Translations under genes and position numbers: made by a program
Assembly (NCBI GenBank): GCA_963738405.1
Contig: CAVTWJ010000014.1
Span: 96,001-160,000 of the forward strand
Direction of reading: 5' to 3'
Length of the DNA: 64,000 nucleotides
Origin: a candidate division FCPU426 bacterium
Lineage (GTDB): Bacteria > Oederibacteriota > Muellerivitia > Muellerivitales > Muellerivitaceae
Notes under the pieces: model-generated
The model's input: only the letters and a program-made list of their open reading frames with translations
The model's database searches: none
What the model was told of the DNA's origin: nothing
Shown here: one piece after another, positions 37,436 to 48,700 of the stretch
How the letters are laid out: each line of letters opens with the position of its first letter
Position numbering within the stretch: the stretch's first letter is position 1

Positions 37436-38647
37436 ATGAAAACAATATTCTTTCTGGTTGCAGCGGTTCTTATTTCGTCCATCCTTCCGGCTCAAGAAAC
37501 GTTTTCCCAGAATTCTTTCATCGAATCCGCCCAGGAAAACAAATGGGCGCCTCCCCCGCCTGTAACCGATAGTGACCGGGAAATTAAATTTTTGCTTCAG
37601 GCGGATTATCAGCAGGACGCCGACCTGCAGGGACAAGCCTTTTCCATGTTCGACCTTTCAGCCAAGCGAACGTTGGACGAAAATTCCGTTTCAGCCGATG
37701 GGCTTGTCCGCGTCCGAAAAAGCCTTTCATCCTCCGACACCGCCTCTGAAATTGATCTTCGTCTCGCCCGGATTTCCTATCTTGATCCCTCATTTCAAGT
37801 TTCGGTGGGGCGTTTTGACCTGTTTCAAACCCTAACTTCCAATTCCTTTTTCGGCGCCTACCCCATCATGGGCATTCACCGTGTGGATGGGATCATGGCC
37901 ACCATCCCCATTTCTTTATTCCTCGGTTTCGGCGATTCCAAAAACAGCCAAACCCAAGGCTCTTCCCCGTTGGCTTTGAGTTTTTTTTACACTCCCAGTC
38001 TTTTTTCGGCCCAACAAGTCCAGGACGACGCCACCCAGGCTTTTGGACTCGGCCAATTGAGATGCCGTATTGATACCAGCGACTTCGACATGACCCTGAA
38101 GGCTAATGTATCGGCGTCCTCCAGCGACTTCTTCGATTATTCTTCAATTAACGGCAACCCTGCCGCTTCCCTTTCCGCGGATATGGATTTACATCAAAAC
38201 TTGGACTTGACGGCGGAATATGGGGTGCAGAACACATCACGTTTGAGCGACACAAGCGCTTTGGCTTTGGGTTTACAGGCCGCCCAACTTGGGACCTGGG
38301 GGTCTTTATCGATCGATCAATTTGTTTTGGAAACCCAAATTCCCCTGGGCAATTCATTAAGCAATCCCTTCACAGGCGGAAATGGTTTTGTTCCTTCCCT
38401 AGCCCAGTCCCCCCAAGCCTCCTGGTATGTAAAATTGAGAACACGATTAAAAGTTCTTTTTATAGAAATTCATGTCACCAATAACCAAAACGACTTCACG
38501 TTGGATCGTCTTGTTCCCTCCGCCATCGGAATACCCTTTCAAAACGGCTTCGGTCCCGGCAACGAAACCAATGGCCCGGGAACCGGATTACGTTCCGCTT
38601 CCTATGGCCAAGTCGCATTCTTGGTGCGAACAGGGGTAGAGTTTTGA
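37436..38647 (+). CDS. Putative outer-membrane beta-barrel protein
   Basis: Signal peptide, FQVSVGRF strand, C-terminal TGVEF. Confidence 0.7.
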   Translation: MKTIFFLVAAVLISSILPAQETFSQNSFIESAQENKWAPPPPVTDSDREIKFLLQADYQQDADLQGQAFSMFDLSAKRTLDENSVSADGLVRVRKSLSSSDTASEIDLRLARISYLDPSFQVSVGRFDLFQTLTSNSFFGAYPIMGIHRVDGIMATIPISLFLGFGDSKNSQTQGSSPLALSFFYTPSLFSAQQVQDDATQAFGLGQLRCRIDTSDFDMTLKANVSASSSDFFDYSSINGNPAASLSADMDLHQNLDLTAEYGVQNTSRLSDTSALALGLQAAQLGTWGSLSIDQFVLETQIPLGNSLSNPFTGGNGFVPSLAQSPQASWYVKLRTRLKVLFIEIHVTNNQNDFTLDRLVPSAIGIPFQNGFGPGNETNGPGTGLRSASYGQVAFLVRTGVEF

Positions 38648-39828
38648 GCCCATGGTATCTTCCGGTAATATTTTTTCTCCTCACCCACACGGTTCCAAGC
38701 GAATGTGATGAAATTTCGCCCACTCCCTCGGCCTCGCCCCTTGTCATTCAAAATCTAACCACAACCTATAAATTTCATCAGGACGCGGTTTGGGCCCACT
38801 TAGAGGCTACGGTGCGGGACCATCAAGACGGTTTTAATTTAATTGTCAATAGCGACACGGCCATGACCGGATGGATCTTGCGCAAAGCAACAATGAATGA
38901 AGTCGTTCAAAAAGCGGGTCTGGCGGGACAAAAAGCCTTCACAGCGGAAATACCAAAGCCCTTCCAGGATGGGTATCGCCTGACGGTTTATGTGAAAGCG
39001 GATCAAGACCAGGTTCCCGTGATACTCAATCTGGTTCCCCAGGAGGAAAACAAAGAAAGAAACGGCATTTCCGAAAGTTCCATTCCAGATTTTGAGGAAA
39101 ACCCCGACCATTCCTACAACGGGATGGTGAAAAGCCTTTATAAACAGGCAATCCAAGCCTATTCGGCGGGGGATAAATCCGCAGCTTTGAACTATCTCAA
39201 TCAGGCGGTGGACCTGGACCCTACCCAGACCCAGGTTCAATCTTTCCGCCAGTTGATACTCGCGGGCGCGGATGAAATCCCCGCAGGAGGGCCCGCCACA
39301 CCGGGAGCAACCGCTTCCAAGGAACCATCGGATCATAAATTATCAACCGCGGAAAGCGCTGACGATTTGGCCGTCCGGGCTAAAAAAGCCGAATCCAGCG
39401 GCGACTTGTTGAAAGCCCGTATTTTTTATGGGAAAGCCCTGCATTTGAAACCAGGTCAGGCTGATTGGACTTCCGAGATGGACAAACTGAACCGCAAACT
39501 GGCTCAGGAAAAATTTGAGGCGGCCATTAAAGAAAAAAATCCGGCTGAAGCACGTTCCACCTTTGAAAAACTTAAGACTCTGGACCCTAACAATCCCCAA
39601 TTGGCCGACTGGAAGAAACAACTGGATGGTCTTCGAACTCCCGTCTCCGGGGACGATGCACAAGCTCAGGCCGACCAGTTCTACAACATGGGTCTGCAAA
39701 GATACCGCGATAATGATTGGGCGGGGGCAAAAAAAGCCTGGGAAGAAGCCCTCAAGATTCAGCCTAACCACCAGAAGGCAGCCGACAATCTCCAACGTCT
39801 CATCGACGCGCACCCAGAATTGAAATAG
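38644..39828 (+). CDS. Secreted TPR-containing protein
   Basis: TPR units (YNMGL..Y....W..A...WEEALKIQPNH); 4-bp overlap with the barrel gene. Confidence 0.75.
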   Translation: MSPWYLPVIFFLLTHTVPSECDEISPTPSASPLVIQNLTTTYKFHQDAVWAHLEATVRDHQDGFNLIVNSDTAMTGWILRKATMNEVVQKAGLAGQKAFTAEIPKPFQDGYRLTVYVKADQDQVPVILNLVPQEENKERNGISESSIPDFEENPDHSYNGMVKSLYKQAIQAYSAGDKSAALNYLNQAVDLDPTQTQVQSFRQLILAGADEIPAGGPATPGATASKEPSDHKLSTAESADDLAVRAKKAESSGDLLKARIFYGKALHLKPGQADWTSEMDKLNRKLAQEKFEAAIKEKNPAEARSTFEKLKTLDPNNPQLADWKKQLDGLRTPVSGDDAQAQADQFYNMGLQRYRDNDWAGAKKAWEEALKIQPNHQKAADNLQRLIDAHPELK

Positions 39829-40111
39829 GTTTCAAGCCCCCCAGCCCCTCTGTTTGAAATGTGGCTTCTTCAGGGTCCTTTCCCGTTAGATTCCGAACTT
39901 TGGGAACATAGCCCTGGCTTGGTTTCCATCCCGCCTAAAACCAAACCACCAAAACATAGTTAGTTAACCATTAAACCTAGATTCAATTCCGATTTCAAAA
40001 GGGGCATAGAAAATGCACCCCTTTCGGTACATCAGTAATTGCTATTCGAGCCGTTAGGTTTTTCAAGGGAACAGACTGCCGTATGAAGAAAAATCGCCAA
40101 AGAGGTTTATT

Positions 40112-41227
40112 ATGAAAAATCGTTTGATGTTACTTTTTTATCTTCCCCTTTTTCTGGCCGCCCTCCTTCCCGTGGCCTGCGTGACCAAGACGGGTTTACC
40201 CGCCGCACCCGCCGTCTACACCCCTACCTGGCAAGCCGTTGGAAATCTCGATATTTCGCCGGGCCAGTCCGATTACACCCAACTTTTCATTTCCAACAAC
40301 GGCACGCCTTACGTGGCCTATTCGGACAATACCAACAACGAAATGCTGTCGGTGGTTTACCTGAACGGCTCGACCTGGACGCCCGTGGGAGGGGCGGATT
40401 TCACCGGCCCCGCCTACAACGAATCGCTTTATGTTTACAACAATACGCCTTACGTTGCCTACCAAACCGGGGTGAACCTTTCCGGAAGCATGATCATCGC
40501 GACCTACAACGGCAGCGCCTGGGTGACCCTGGGCGGCCTGCCCATTGCCAACGGGCAAGAACCGGCCCTATCGGGCTACAACGGCACGCCCTACCTAGCC
40601 TTTATGGACCCCAACAACAGCTACAACATCATCGTGGCGGACTATACGGGGGGAACCTGGAATACGGTGGGAAGCGCCGACTTCGCGACCAGCAACGCGA
40701 ATTACCTTTCCCTGGATGCTCGAAGCGGCACGCCCTATGTGGCATTTTGCGACAGCGCTTACAGCTACATGGCTTCGGTCATGAAATTCAACGGGACTTC
40801 GTGGGGCTATGTGGGGTCTCCGGGCTTTTCGGCGGGAATGATCGGCTACACGAGCCTTTATGTGGACAATGGTACGCCCTATTTGGATTACCAGGATTAC
40901 GTCAACGCGGACGGATCCACCGTGAAAAAATTCAACGGAACTTCCTGGGTGGCGGTGGGACAGCCCAACATCAGCGGCTTCACTAATAACCTCATCTCGC
41001 TATCCGTGGGCGCGGGCACCCCCTACATCGGCGCTCAGGCGCCCTATTTGGGTGACAATCTGGTGTTGGGTTACACCAATAACGCCTGGGTGACCACCGG
41101 AACCCAGAATTTTATGCAGGGGGATTATAAAGATTCTTCCGTGGCCACGAACGCGGCGGGAAACCCCTATATCGCCTATGAGGATGGCGCCAAGAACGGC
41201 AACCTATGCGTGTACGAATACCACTGA
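40112..41227 (+). CDS. Beta-propeller repeat lipoprotein
   Basis: Lipobox PVAC; seven ~47-aa W..VG...F....SL....GTPYVAY.D repeats. Confidence 0.8.
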   Translation: MKNRLMLLFYLPLFLAALLPVACVTKTGLPAAPAVYTPTWQAVGNLDISPGQSDYTQLFISNNGTPYVAYSDNTNNEMLSVVYLNGSTWTPVGGADFTGPAYNESLYVYNNTPYVAYQTGVNLSGSMIIATYNGSAWVTLGGLPIANGQEPALSGYNGTPYLAFMDPNNSYNIIVADYTGGTWNTVGSADFATSNANYLSLDARSGTPYVAFCDSAYSYMASVMKFNGTSWGYVGSPGFSAGMIGYTSLYVDNGTPYLDYQDYVNADGSTVKKFNGTSWVAVGQPNISGFTNNLISLSVGAGTPYIGAQAPYLGDNLVLGYTNNAWVTTGTQNFMQGDYKDSSVATNAAGNPYIAYEDGAKNGNLCVYEYH

Positions 41228-41245
41228 TGGGTTGCCTTAATTCTT

Positions 41246-41644
41246 TTACCGCGTAAGGGTTTCGTAACCGATCAGGCCCGTCCCACCCACACCAGCCCAT
41301 GTCCCCTTGAGCGTGCGGCCATCGGGGGAAATTTGGTAAGCGACAACGCCCGTTTGCCCCGCCGAATACCATGCCACAGAGAGAATATTTCCGTTGCGAA
41401 GTCCCACGCCCGTATAAGAAGTTCCGCTGATGGTCCACCCCATTAAAAAGGTATTGCCGACTTTTGAGATGGTGGTGATTCCCCGGTAACCCGGGCCGCT
41501 GGTCGTTCCGGGGTTGGTGCCCTGGCAGGTATAGTTGCCCGAAATATCCGGCATGGTGCCCGCCGCCTTCGCGCTGGTGAAGATTCCCGCCGCGACCGCC
41601 AGCATTGTCAAAACGACTACCCGAAACCCTTTAGCTCGAAACAT
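41246..41644 (-). CDS. Small secreted beta-rich protein
   Basis: GGGAGG RBS, signal peptide, DISGNYTCQGTNP..YRG..WTI..YTGVG. Confidence 0.7.
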   Translation of the reverse strand: MFRAKGFRVVVLTMLAVAAGIFTSAKAAGTMPDISGNYTCQGTNPGTTSGPGYRGITTISKVGNTFLMGWTISGTSYTGVGLRNGNILSVAWYSAGQTGVVAYQISPDGRTLKGTWAGVGGTGLIGYETLTR

Positions 41645-41706
41645 AACAACCTCCCCGTTCTTAAATGAACCGCATCGCCATTATCTTTGAAACTCTCGAC
41701 CGTGAT

Positions 41707-42141
41707 TTATCTTTTCGTCTTCCTCTTTCCCTTCTTTTCACCCCCCTTTTCTTGATCTCCCATTAACCAATGAAGGGCCTCCTTCATTTCCGTAAAAGCC
41801 CTCACGTTAAGCCCCCGGTTGACGGCAGCATTTTCGGTTAATCGTTCGGAATCGGTCACCGACTTGGAGCTCACCGTGGCAAACCGGCAACGGAGGATTT
41901 TACCCGTCATCTTCGCCTTCAAATATTTGGCCGCGCCCAGAAGGCCGAGGTTGAACCGTTCGAGGGTGGATAGGTCGCCCTTCACCTTTCGCGTATCGAT
42001 CAACATCTTGGTGGCCTGGTGGGTTTGGCAGGTTTCCATGATTTGGCTGGTGAAGGCGTCAATGGCGTGGCGGTCAAAATAGCCCTGATAGACCATTAAA
42101 ACGCAACCAGGCTTCAATTTGACTTTAAAGACAAGGGCCAT
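41707..42141 (-). CDS. SpoIIAA/STAS-SEC14-like small protein (paralog B)
   Basis: KMLIDTR, ENAAVNRG.NVRAF....EALHWL. Confidence 0.7.
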   Translation of the reverse strand: MALVFKVKLKPGCVLMVYQGYFDRHAIDAFTSQIMETCQTHQATKMLIDTRKVKGDLSTLERFNLGLLGAAKYLKAKMTGKILRCRFATVSSKSVTDSERLTENAAVNRGLNVRAFTEMKEALHWLMGDQEKGGEKKGKRKTKR

Positions 42142-42246
42142 GGTTTGCGGCTCTCCAAAGTTTAAAGCGGAATTAAACGCCGGATACTTATCATTCGAGG
42201 TTGAAGGAACAACAAGACGTTTTACCCAATCCTCTTGCGAGAAACG

Positions 42247-42618
42247 CTACCGGCTCGAAACGGCTTTCTTTAAATAGGCCTTTAAGACCTTCATGTCCAT
42301 TTCCTTCATCTCCAAAAATCGCAGGCCGCCTTCCGCTTCGTTCGCCCAGATGACTTCAGCGAAGGCCGATAAAGTTTCATTGAGGCCTGGGACTAAGATT
42401 TCAAAACGAAGGATATCCCCTTCTTTCACCATCGGTTCCGAGGAAATATGCAAGCCCCCCAAACTGCTGTCCATAGCCTTAGCGTTTCGGTCTTTTTTTC
42501 TCTGTTCGCGGATGGCCGAAATTTCCGCTTTATCTTCAACCAAGCGGTACTTGATGGGAATGTTGACCCGAATCCGGGGGGAAACACGTTTTTCCATGAA
42601 TAGGTTCGCGTCTAACAA
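42247..42618 (-). CDS. PilZ domain protein (c-di-GMP receptor)
   Basis: KRVSPR (RxxxR), DSSLGG (DxSxxG), AEVIW and GLRF; AAGGAG RBS before TTG. Confidence 0.88.
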   Translation of the reverse strand: MLDANLFMEKRVSPRIRVNIPIKYRLVEDKAEISAIREQRKKDRNAKAMDSSLGGLHISSEPMVKEGDILRFEILVPGLNETLSAFAEVIWANEAEGGLRFLEMKEMDMKVLKAYLKKAVSSR

Positions 42619-42646
42619 CTTCGACTCCTTACCAAGGGAAAGATAA

Positions 42647-43045
42647 TCAGCTACTTTTTTCCACCGTTAACCAGCGCAGGGCCTCTTCCAATTCCGTGAA
42701 CGCCTTGACGTTGACCCCCCGGTTGACGGCCACGGTTTCCCCGAACCGGTTGGGGTCCACCAAAGGGGTTTGGCCCAGAAAGGCAAACCGGCAATTGGTG
42801 ATTTTTCCGGTCATTTTCGCCTTCAAATATTTGGCCGCGGCTTTAAAACCCAAGTTAAACCGGTCCATGGTGGACATACTGCCTTTCACTTCCCGGAAGT
42901 CGACGAGCATTTTTGCGCATTGGTGGGTTGTGCAGGTTTCAATCACCCGAGTGAGGAAATCCTCGATGTCCGAGGACTCAAAAGCGCCTTCGAAAAGCAT
43001 CAAGAGATAATCGGGTTTTACTTCGACTTTAAAGGTGAAAGCCAT
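42647..43045 (-). CDS. SpoIIAA/STAS-SEC14-like small protein (paralog A)
   Basis: KMLVDFR, FGETVAVNRG.NVKAF..LEEALRWL. Confidence 0.7.
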   Translation of the reverse strand: MAFTFKVEVKPDYLLMLFEGAFESSDIEDFLTRVIETCTTHQCAKMLVDFREVKGSMSTMDRFNLGFKAAAKYLKAKMTGKITNCRFAFLGQTPLVDPNRFGETVAVNRGVNVKAFTELEEALRWLTVEKSS

Positions 43046-43359
43046 GGTCGCGTCTCTCCGGGTTCAAAGCGGAACCCATCCTCGAAACACTCTAGGTTCC
43101 AAAAAATCCATGTCAAGCAAAGACCCATTTGACATAGGCAAGGGTGTAAAAACACTTACATCAGCAAAATTTCTACAAATCCGTAAGGCGAAACGACTCA
43201 TTTCGTACATCTTCTATTTTTCGCTTACGGCTCAATTAAAGGAAAATCAAATAATGAATGTTCGGAATCATTCCCAAGCTTTGGCACAGCAGTTGCATTA
43301 ACAATACTTAGCTTTTGAATTTACTTGGTTGTGATGGCGCAAAGAAGTTGAGGCGGCCC

Positions 43360-43785
43360 ATGAAAAACCTTTGGGAGGATGAAAACCAAGTGTCCGGACC
43401 GGGAACACCGTTTCCCGGCGATAAGGCCGCCTTCGATAAGGTTTGGCTGAAGATTGAAACCCGCTTGGAGAAGCGCAAAAAAACTTTCTGGGAGTCGCTG
43501 ACCTGGAAGCCCCTTTCCCACCCAGTGGGCTGGGTGGCCCTGGCCGCCTGTCTTTGCGTCACCCTATCGGGGGCGATTTATCAAAGCCGGCAGGCGGACA
43601 ACAACGACTTGGTTTCTTACGTGCTGAGTCTTTCCGAACCCACGGTCGATGAGGGCCGCGATTCGAGCGGGATGGTAGAGCCGGTTCTTTTAACCGAACC
43701 TTCCACCGCCGGGGCCGATATCCTTTTAACCGACGAGAACCATTCGGATCTTCTGCCGGAGGACGAGACCCCCTCCGCCCTTTGA
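43360..43785 (+). CDS. Single-TM protein resembling an anti-sigma factor
   Basis: FDKVWLKIETRL before a TM helix; acidic tail. Confidence 0.5.
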   Translation: MKNLWEDENQVSGPGTPFPGDKAAFDKVWLKIETRLEKRKKTFWESLTWKPLSHPVGWVALAACLCVTLSGAIYQSRQADNNDLVSYVLSLSEPTVDEGRDSSGMVEPVLLTEPSTAGADILLTDENHSDLLPEDETPSAL

Positions 43786-43797
43786 CGTGATTTGGGC

Positions 43798-43830
43798 AAA
43801 AAAAAGGGGGCCCAATCGGGCCCCCTTTTC
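43798..43830. terminator. Bidirectional terminator
   Basis: aaaaaaaagggggccc-aatc-gggccccctttt. Confidence 0.8.
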
Positions 43831-43845
43831 ACAAAAACTTCTTTT

Positions 43846-44133
43846 TTACTTTTTCTTGGCGCCCAAAACCTCATCCTTCAAGGCTTTCAAAACGCGGATC
43901 TTGACGACCTTCTTGGCCGGAACATTGACCATCTCGCCGGTGCGGGGGTTGCGGGCGACGCGGGCCTTGCGGTCCTTGAGTTGGAACACTCCCAAACCAT
44001 CCAGCTTGATCTGGCCTTCTTTTTTCAAAGTCGCGTAAATCAGTTCGCGCTGGGCATCCACCACAGCGACGACCTCTTTCTTCTTTAAAGTTGTTGCTTC
44101 CACCAACGCCGACAGAAATTCACTCTTGGTCAA
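43846..44133 (-). CDS. hup: Histone-like DNA-binding protein HU
   Basis: TKSEF, GLGVF and RKARVARNPRTGE..VPAKKV; GGAGGTG RBS, TTG start. Confidence 0.93.
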   Translation of the reverse strand: MTKSEFLSALVEATTLKKKEVVAVVDAQRELIYATLKKEGQIKLDGLGVFQLKDRKARVARNPRTGEMVNVPAKKVVKIRVLKALKDEVLGAKKK

Positions 44134-44347
44134 GACCTCACCTCCTGGGGATAGAAACTCACTTGCATGTATTTATCCAAAGTTACCTGTGTTTTACAAG
44201 GAATTTATGCGATTTTCGGCCCCTAAATGCCTAAACTTGAGCCAAAGGGACTTCCCATCGGCTTTCTACTATAAGGAAGGAGGGTTTGAGGGTTCCCATC
44301 AGCCCATTCGGATGCCCGAACGATTCTGCCCGTGTAAAATACCGCTC

Positions 44348-45760
44348 ATGAAAAAAAACCTTTCCTGGCTGATCCTTTTTCCTTTTTTGATTCTCCTGAG
44401 CTTGGGCTGCGCCACGGGCCCGCACCTAAGGGTTCCGGTGCGCCCCTCACCCCAGCACACCTTGAACCCTCCCCCGCCCGCCAGGCTTCGCATCCCGGTG
44501 GTCATCAATCTGCCCAATCTTTCAGAGGTCGAAAAGCACCTGGCGGATTTTGCGAAAGAGGATTTCAAGAAAACGGAAAAATCCCTGACCAAGAGCCTGG
44601 GAACCACCGTCTGGTGGGACCCCCTGGATTGGGAATTCAACGGCAATACCCTGACCGCCCATATGCACATTCACTACAAGAAAAAACAAGGTTCCCTGAA
44701 CGCGGATGTGAAAGAAGCCGAAAAGATCGCGGAAGAAGTGGAACAGGACGCCAAGGTGGACCTGGCCTCGACCCTTCAATGGAACAAAGACTGGCACCTG
44801 GAGGCCCCCAATTTTGACGAGGCTCCCGAAGCCGGGGGAAACACCCTGGAGCCGGAAGAATCGGATTCGAAAAAGAGCGAGCGCCTGCTTCGCAAAGGAA
44901 CGGCCGGGTTCCACGAAAGTTTGAAGCGAAGCACCAACATCAAGGACCAGGCGGCAGAAATTTGGAAGCAGCTTCAGGAACCCATCCGCATGGCCTCGGA
45001 TATCTGGCTCCAGATCAAGACCGATAAGGTCAGTGTGGGGTCTTACCGCCTGATCCCCGACCCCAAGACGCCGAGGCTGGAAACGGTCTTTGAGGTTTAC
45101 GCCCAGCCCAGTGTGATCATCGGGCAGGAGCCGAGCGTTATTAAATCGGAACTGCCGCCCCTATCGGACTACCAGCCGGGGCCGGAGGGTTTCCATATCG
45201 AGACGAACCTGAAAATCAGCTTCCACGAGGTCAACAAGCTGTTGATTGATCCCAAGACGGGCATCTTGAACAAGGCCCTGCCCGGAAGCGGAAACCACCA
45301 TTTGAAAATCACTAACATTTCCGTTTACGGGTCCGGGGGGCAGATTGTGGTGGAGGCCCAGGTGGATTACGACCCGCTTCTGGACCTGTCGGGCCATCAG
45401 GCCCAGTTGACCATTTACCTGGTGGGCACGCCCAAGTACCACGAGGACACGCAATTGATCGACTTTCCCGACATCGATTTCGACATTCAAACCAGCGACT
45501 TCCTGGTGCAGATGGCGGAATTTATCGCGGGCTCTGGAATTAGGGACGCCCTGCGCAAACAGGCCGTGGTGCCGGTGGGGAAAAACCTGGACGAATTAAA
45601 AGATCAACTCACCAAACTGCTCAACCGGCCCTTAGGTCCTTTCGCCAGGCTTCACACCACCATTACCTCGCTGAAGATGGAAGAGGCCTTCGTGAGCGAC
45701 TACGGCTTGGAAGGCCGGGTGGCCTTGGACGGCGACGCGGCGGTGGATTTGAATTTATAG
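44348..45760 (+). CDS. DUF4403-like lipoprotein
   Basis: Start MKKNLSWL, lipobox SLGC, W..LQEPI....IWL.I and IYLVGTP.Y motifs. Confidence 0.7.
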   Translation: MKKNLSWLILFPFLILLSLGCATGPHLRVPVRPSPQHTLNPPPPARLRIPVVINLPNLSEVEKHLADFAKEDFKKTEKSLTKSLGTTVWWDPLDWEFNGNTLTAHMHIHYKKKQGSLNADVKEAEKIAEEVEQDAKVDLASTLQWNKDWHLEAPNFDEAPEAGGNTLEPEESDSKKSERLLRKGTAGFHESLKRSTNIKDQAAEIWKQLQEPIRMASDIWLQIKTDKVSVGSYRLIPDPKTPRLETVFEVYAQPSVIIGQEPSVIKSELPPLSDYQPGPEGFHIETNLKISFHEVNKLLIDPKTGILNKALPGSGNHHLKITNISVYGSGGQIVVEAQVDYDPLLDLSGHQAQLTIYLVGTPKYHEDTQLIDFPDIDFDIQTSDFLVQMAEFIAGSGIRDALRKQAVVPVGKNLDELKDQLTKLLNRPLGPFARLHTTITSLKMEEAFVSDYGLEGRVALDGDAAVDLNL

Positions 45761-45790
45761 GTAAGAGCTCCATGCACAAACAGGAAGGTC

Positions 45791-48700
45791 TTAAATCGCC
45801 CTGGGCCTTCTCAAATCCAATGTGTGAGGAAAGTCATTACCCAGTTCCTCCGGGGGAGCGGCCATGCGCCCGCTGGCCCTTCCATGGGTCTCGAAACGGG
45901 ATTTCCAACGGGACTCGGCCTCTTCCGCGTTAACGGGTGTCAGGTCAAAACTGCGACCTCCGGGATGGAAGGTATGCAGAGCGCAGCCCCCGAGTGAAAT
46001 TTCAAGCTGGGGATCGATCAAATCCAATTCCAAAAAGGGCACGGCGGGCAGGTCCCCGTAGAGGGATAGCGGCTGATCCCAGGCCTTGTACCGGATTCCC
46101 GCCACCTGAACCCCCGGCGTGGTGGTCGGCATCAAGGGCACCCGGCGGCCGTTGCAGGCGAGCAACAAGCCGGGCCTAGCGTCTTTCAAAGTCACCTCCA
46201 CCCTTTCGGTGGAGGCATCCACCGCGCGGCTTACCGTGGAAGTCACAGCTTCCTCGCCCAATACCGGCCAGGGTTCCAGCGCGGGCCGAATTTCCAGATC
46301 CGCCCCTTCAATCACCACCTTGCCGCAGAGGGGAAAGCGGAAATTGAAATGGGCGCGGAACCATTCCAGTTCAAAATTAAAACCGTCCCGGCGCAGGTCC
46401 TCCAACACGTGGGACAAATCTTCCCAAAGGTACCAGGGCATCAGGTACTGGTCATGAAGGCGGGTGCCCCAGCGCACGAGTCGAGTCTGGAGCGGAACCC
46501 TATAAAGGTGCGCCACTAAGGCTCGAACTAAAAGCTGCTGCAAAAGCGCCATACGGGGATTGGGGGCCATCTCGAAGGCACGCAATTCAAGCAGCCCCTG
46601 GCGACCCCTTACCGAACCGGGGTCGTATAGCTTGTCGATGCAGAATTCGGCGCGGTGGGTGTTGCCCGAAACATCCACCAGCAGGTGGCGGAAAAGCCGG
46701 TCGAGGCGCCAAAAGGGCAGTTCCCCCTCGGCGGGAACGCGGCGCATGGCATTTTCGAGCTCGTAAAGCGAATCATGCCGGGCCTCATCGGGCCGGGGGG
46801 CCTGGCTGGTAGGCCCGACAAAGAGCGAGGTGAAAAAATAGGATAGGCTTGGGTGCCTCTGCCAGTAGGCGATCATGGCGGGCAAAAGACGGGGCTGTCG
46901 GAAAAAGGGGCTTTGTTCCGGCCGGGCGGCCCCCAAAACCAAGTGGCTCCCTCCGCCCGTGCCCACGGGCCGGCCGTTGACCGTAAACTTCACGGCGGTC
47001 AGGCCGATCTGCCGGGCTTCCTCGTATAGTACTTCGGTGTTGTCCCTCAAATCGGACCAGCCCGCGGCGGGTTGAATATTGACTTCCAGCACGCCCGGGT
47101 CCGGGGTGATGCGGAAAGCCATCAGCCGGCTGTCCGTGGGTGGTTCGTAACCTTCCAAAACCACGCTCAAGTGGAGGGCCCCTGCCGCCGCCTCAATTTT
47201 GGCAACCAATTCAAGATAATGTTCCAGCAATGCCAGGGGCGGTAAAAATACGTGGAGCTTCCCCTCTCGGCATTGGACGCAAAGCGCGGTCCGCACCGCC
47301 CCTTTGGCAGCGAGGCCCGGTTTGGAAGGAATGCTCCCAAGTTTTTTATAAGTCGGCAGGGGAGGCAGGTTCTCGAAAGTATCCCGGGGAAAGGGCACGG
47401 TTTCCAGGGGCTTTCCTTGGGGGAGGTCGTTCAAGGGAAGCCGATAGCCCATGGGGGAATCCCCTTCAAACAAGAGGATTCTTCCCATGGAAGGGTCCTT
47501 TTCAAATTTCCATGCCTCGCTAACCCATCCTTCCTGTTCGAGGCTCCAGGTGACGGGCAAAACCCATCCAATGATTTGGGGAACTTCTTCCTTCGGCGAT
47601 TTCTTAGTGCGTTTTTTCCGTCCCCGTACCGGAATCGGCTGGATTTCCGGCTCTTGGAGGACAGGGGAAGGAACGGCCGGGGAAAGGGGAAACCCCACGT
47701 TGCTCTCGTAGGCTGGAAGAATTCGCGACGGGGATAGCCCCAGCTCCTGGCCTAATTTTTCCAGCAACGCTTTAGCGGCATGGGGGGGCGTTTGGCCGGA
47801 CTCGGTGGGGTTTGCCAAGAGGTTCTCATGTGCCCAGACCGGCTCCCCGTCGGGGCGCCAAAAACTGTTGAGGGACCAGCGCGGAAGGGGCTCCCCCCCA
47901 TACCATTTTCCCTGGCCCGCCTGGGCGATGGAGCCCGGGGAAAAACACTTGCGAAGACGCGTCAAAAGTTCCCAGCCTTTTTTTAGTTTTTCCTCCCCCA
48001 GAGCTTCGGTCACCCATTGGGGATCGTCGCGGTTGTCCACCGAAACAAAGGTCGGCTCCCCGCCCATGGTAAGCCCGACGTTGAGTTGGTTGAACCGGTC
48101 ATCGACCGTTTCTCCCATCCGGTCCACGGCTTCCCATTGCGTTTGGGATAGGGGGAGAGTGGGGCGTGGGGGGTCCAGCACCCGCTTCAGGGTCATCGCA
48201 TGTTCCAGCCGAGTTTCACAGGGCTCGACACTTCCGCTGATGGGGGCCGCGCTGGAAGGATGGGGGGTACAACTTAAGGGGATATGGCCCTCCCCCGCGA
48301 AAAGGCCCGAGGTGGGGTCCAGTCCCACCCAGCCAGCGCCCGGCAGATAAACTTCCACCCAGGCGTGCAGGTCGGTGAAATCCTTTTCCGGGCCTTTGGG
48401 CCCGGTGACGGGCTCCTCGTCCGCCACCAACTGGATGAGATATCCGGAAGCGAAACGAGCGGCGATTCCCTGGTGCCGGAAAACTTGGCATGCCAGCCAA
48501 GCCAGGTCCCGACAGGACCCGCTTTTTAAAGACAGCGTTTCCTCGCACTTTTGAACACCCGGTTCCAGCCGAACCAGGTAGCGGCTTTGCCGGTTGATCT
48601 TCTGGTTAACCTCGGAGAGCAGCTCCACCACATGTCGTTTTTTTCTCCCCATGCCACGGACAAATTTTTTGAGAAGCGGCCCCTTTTCATCCAGCACGAG

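Noticed and set aside
27416..43045. Prophage or ICE call for the accessory region
   Set aside because: No integrase, transposase, relaxase, phage structural genes, tRNA or att repeats recognised.
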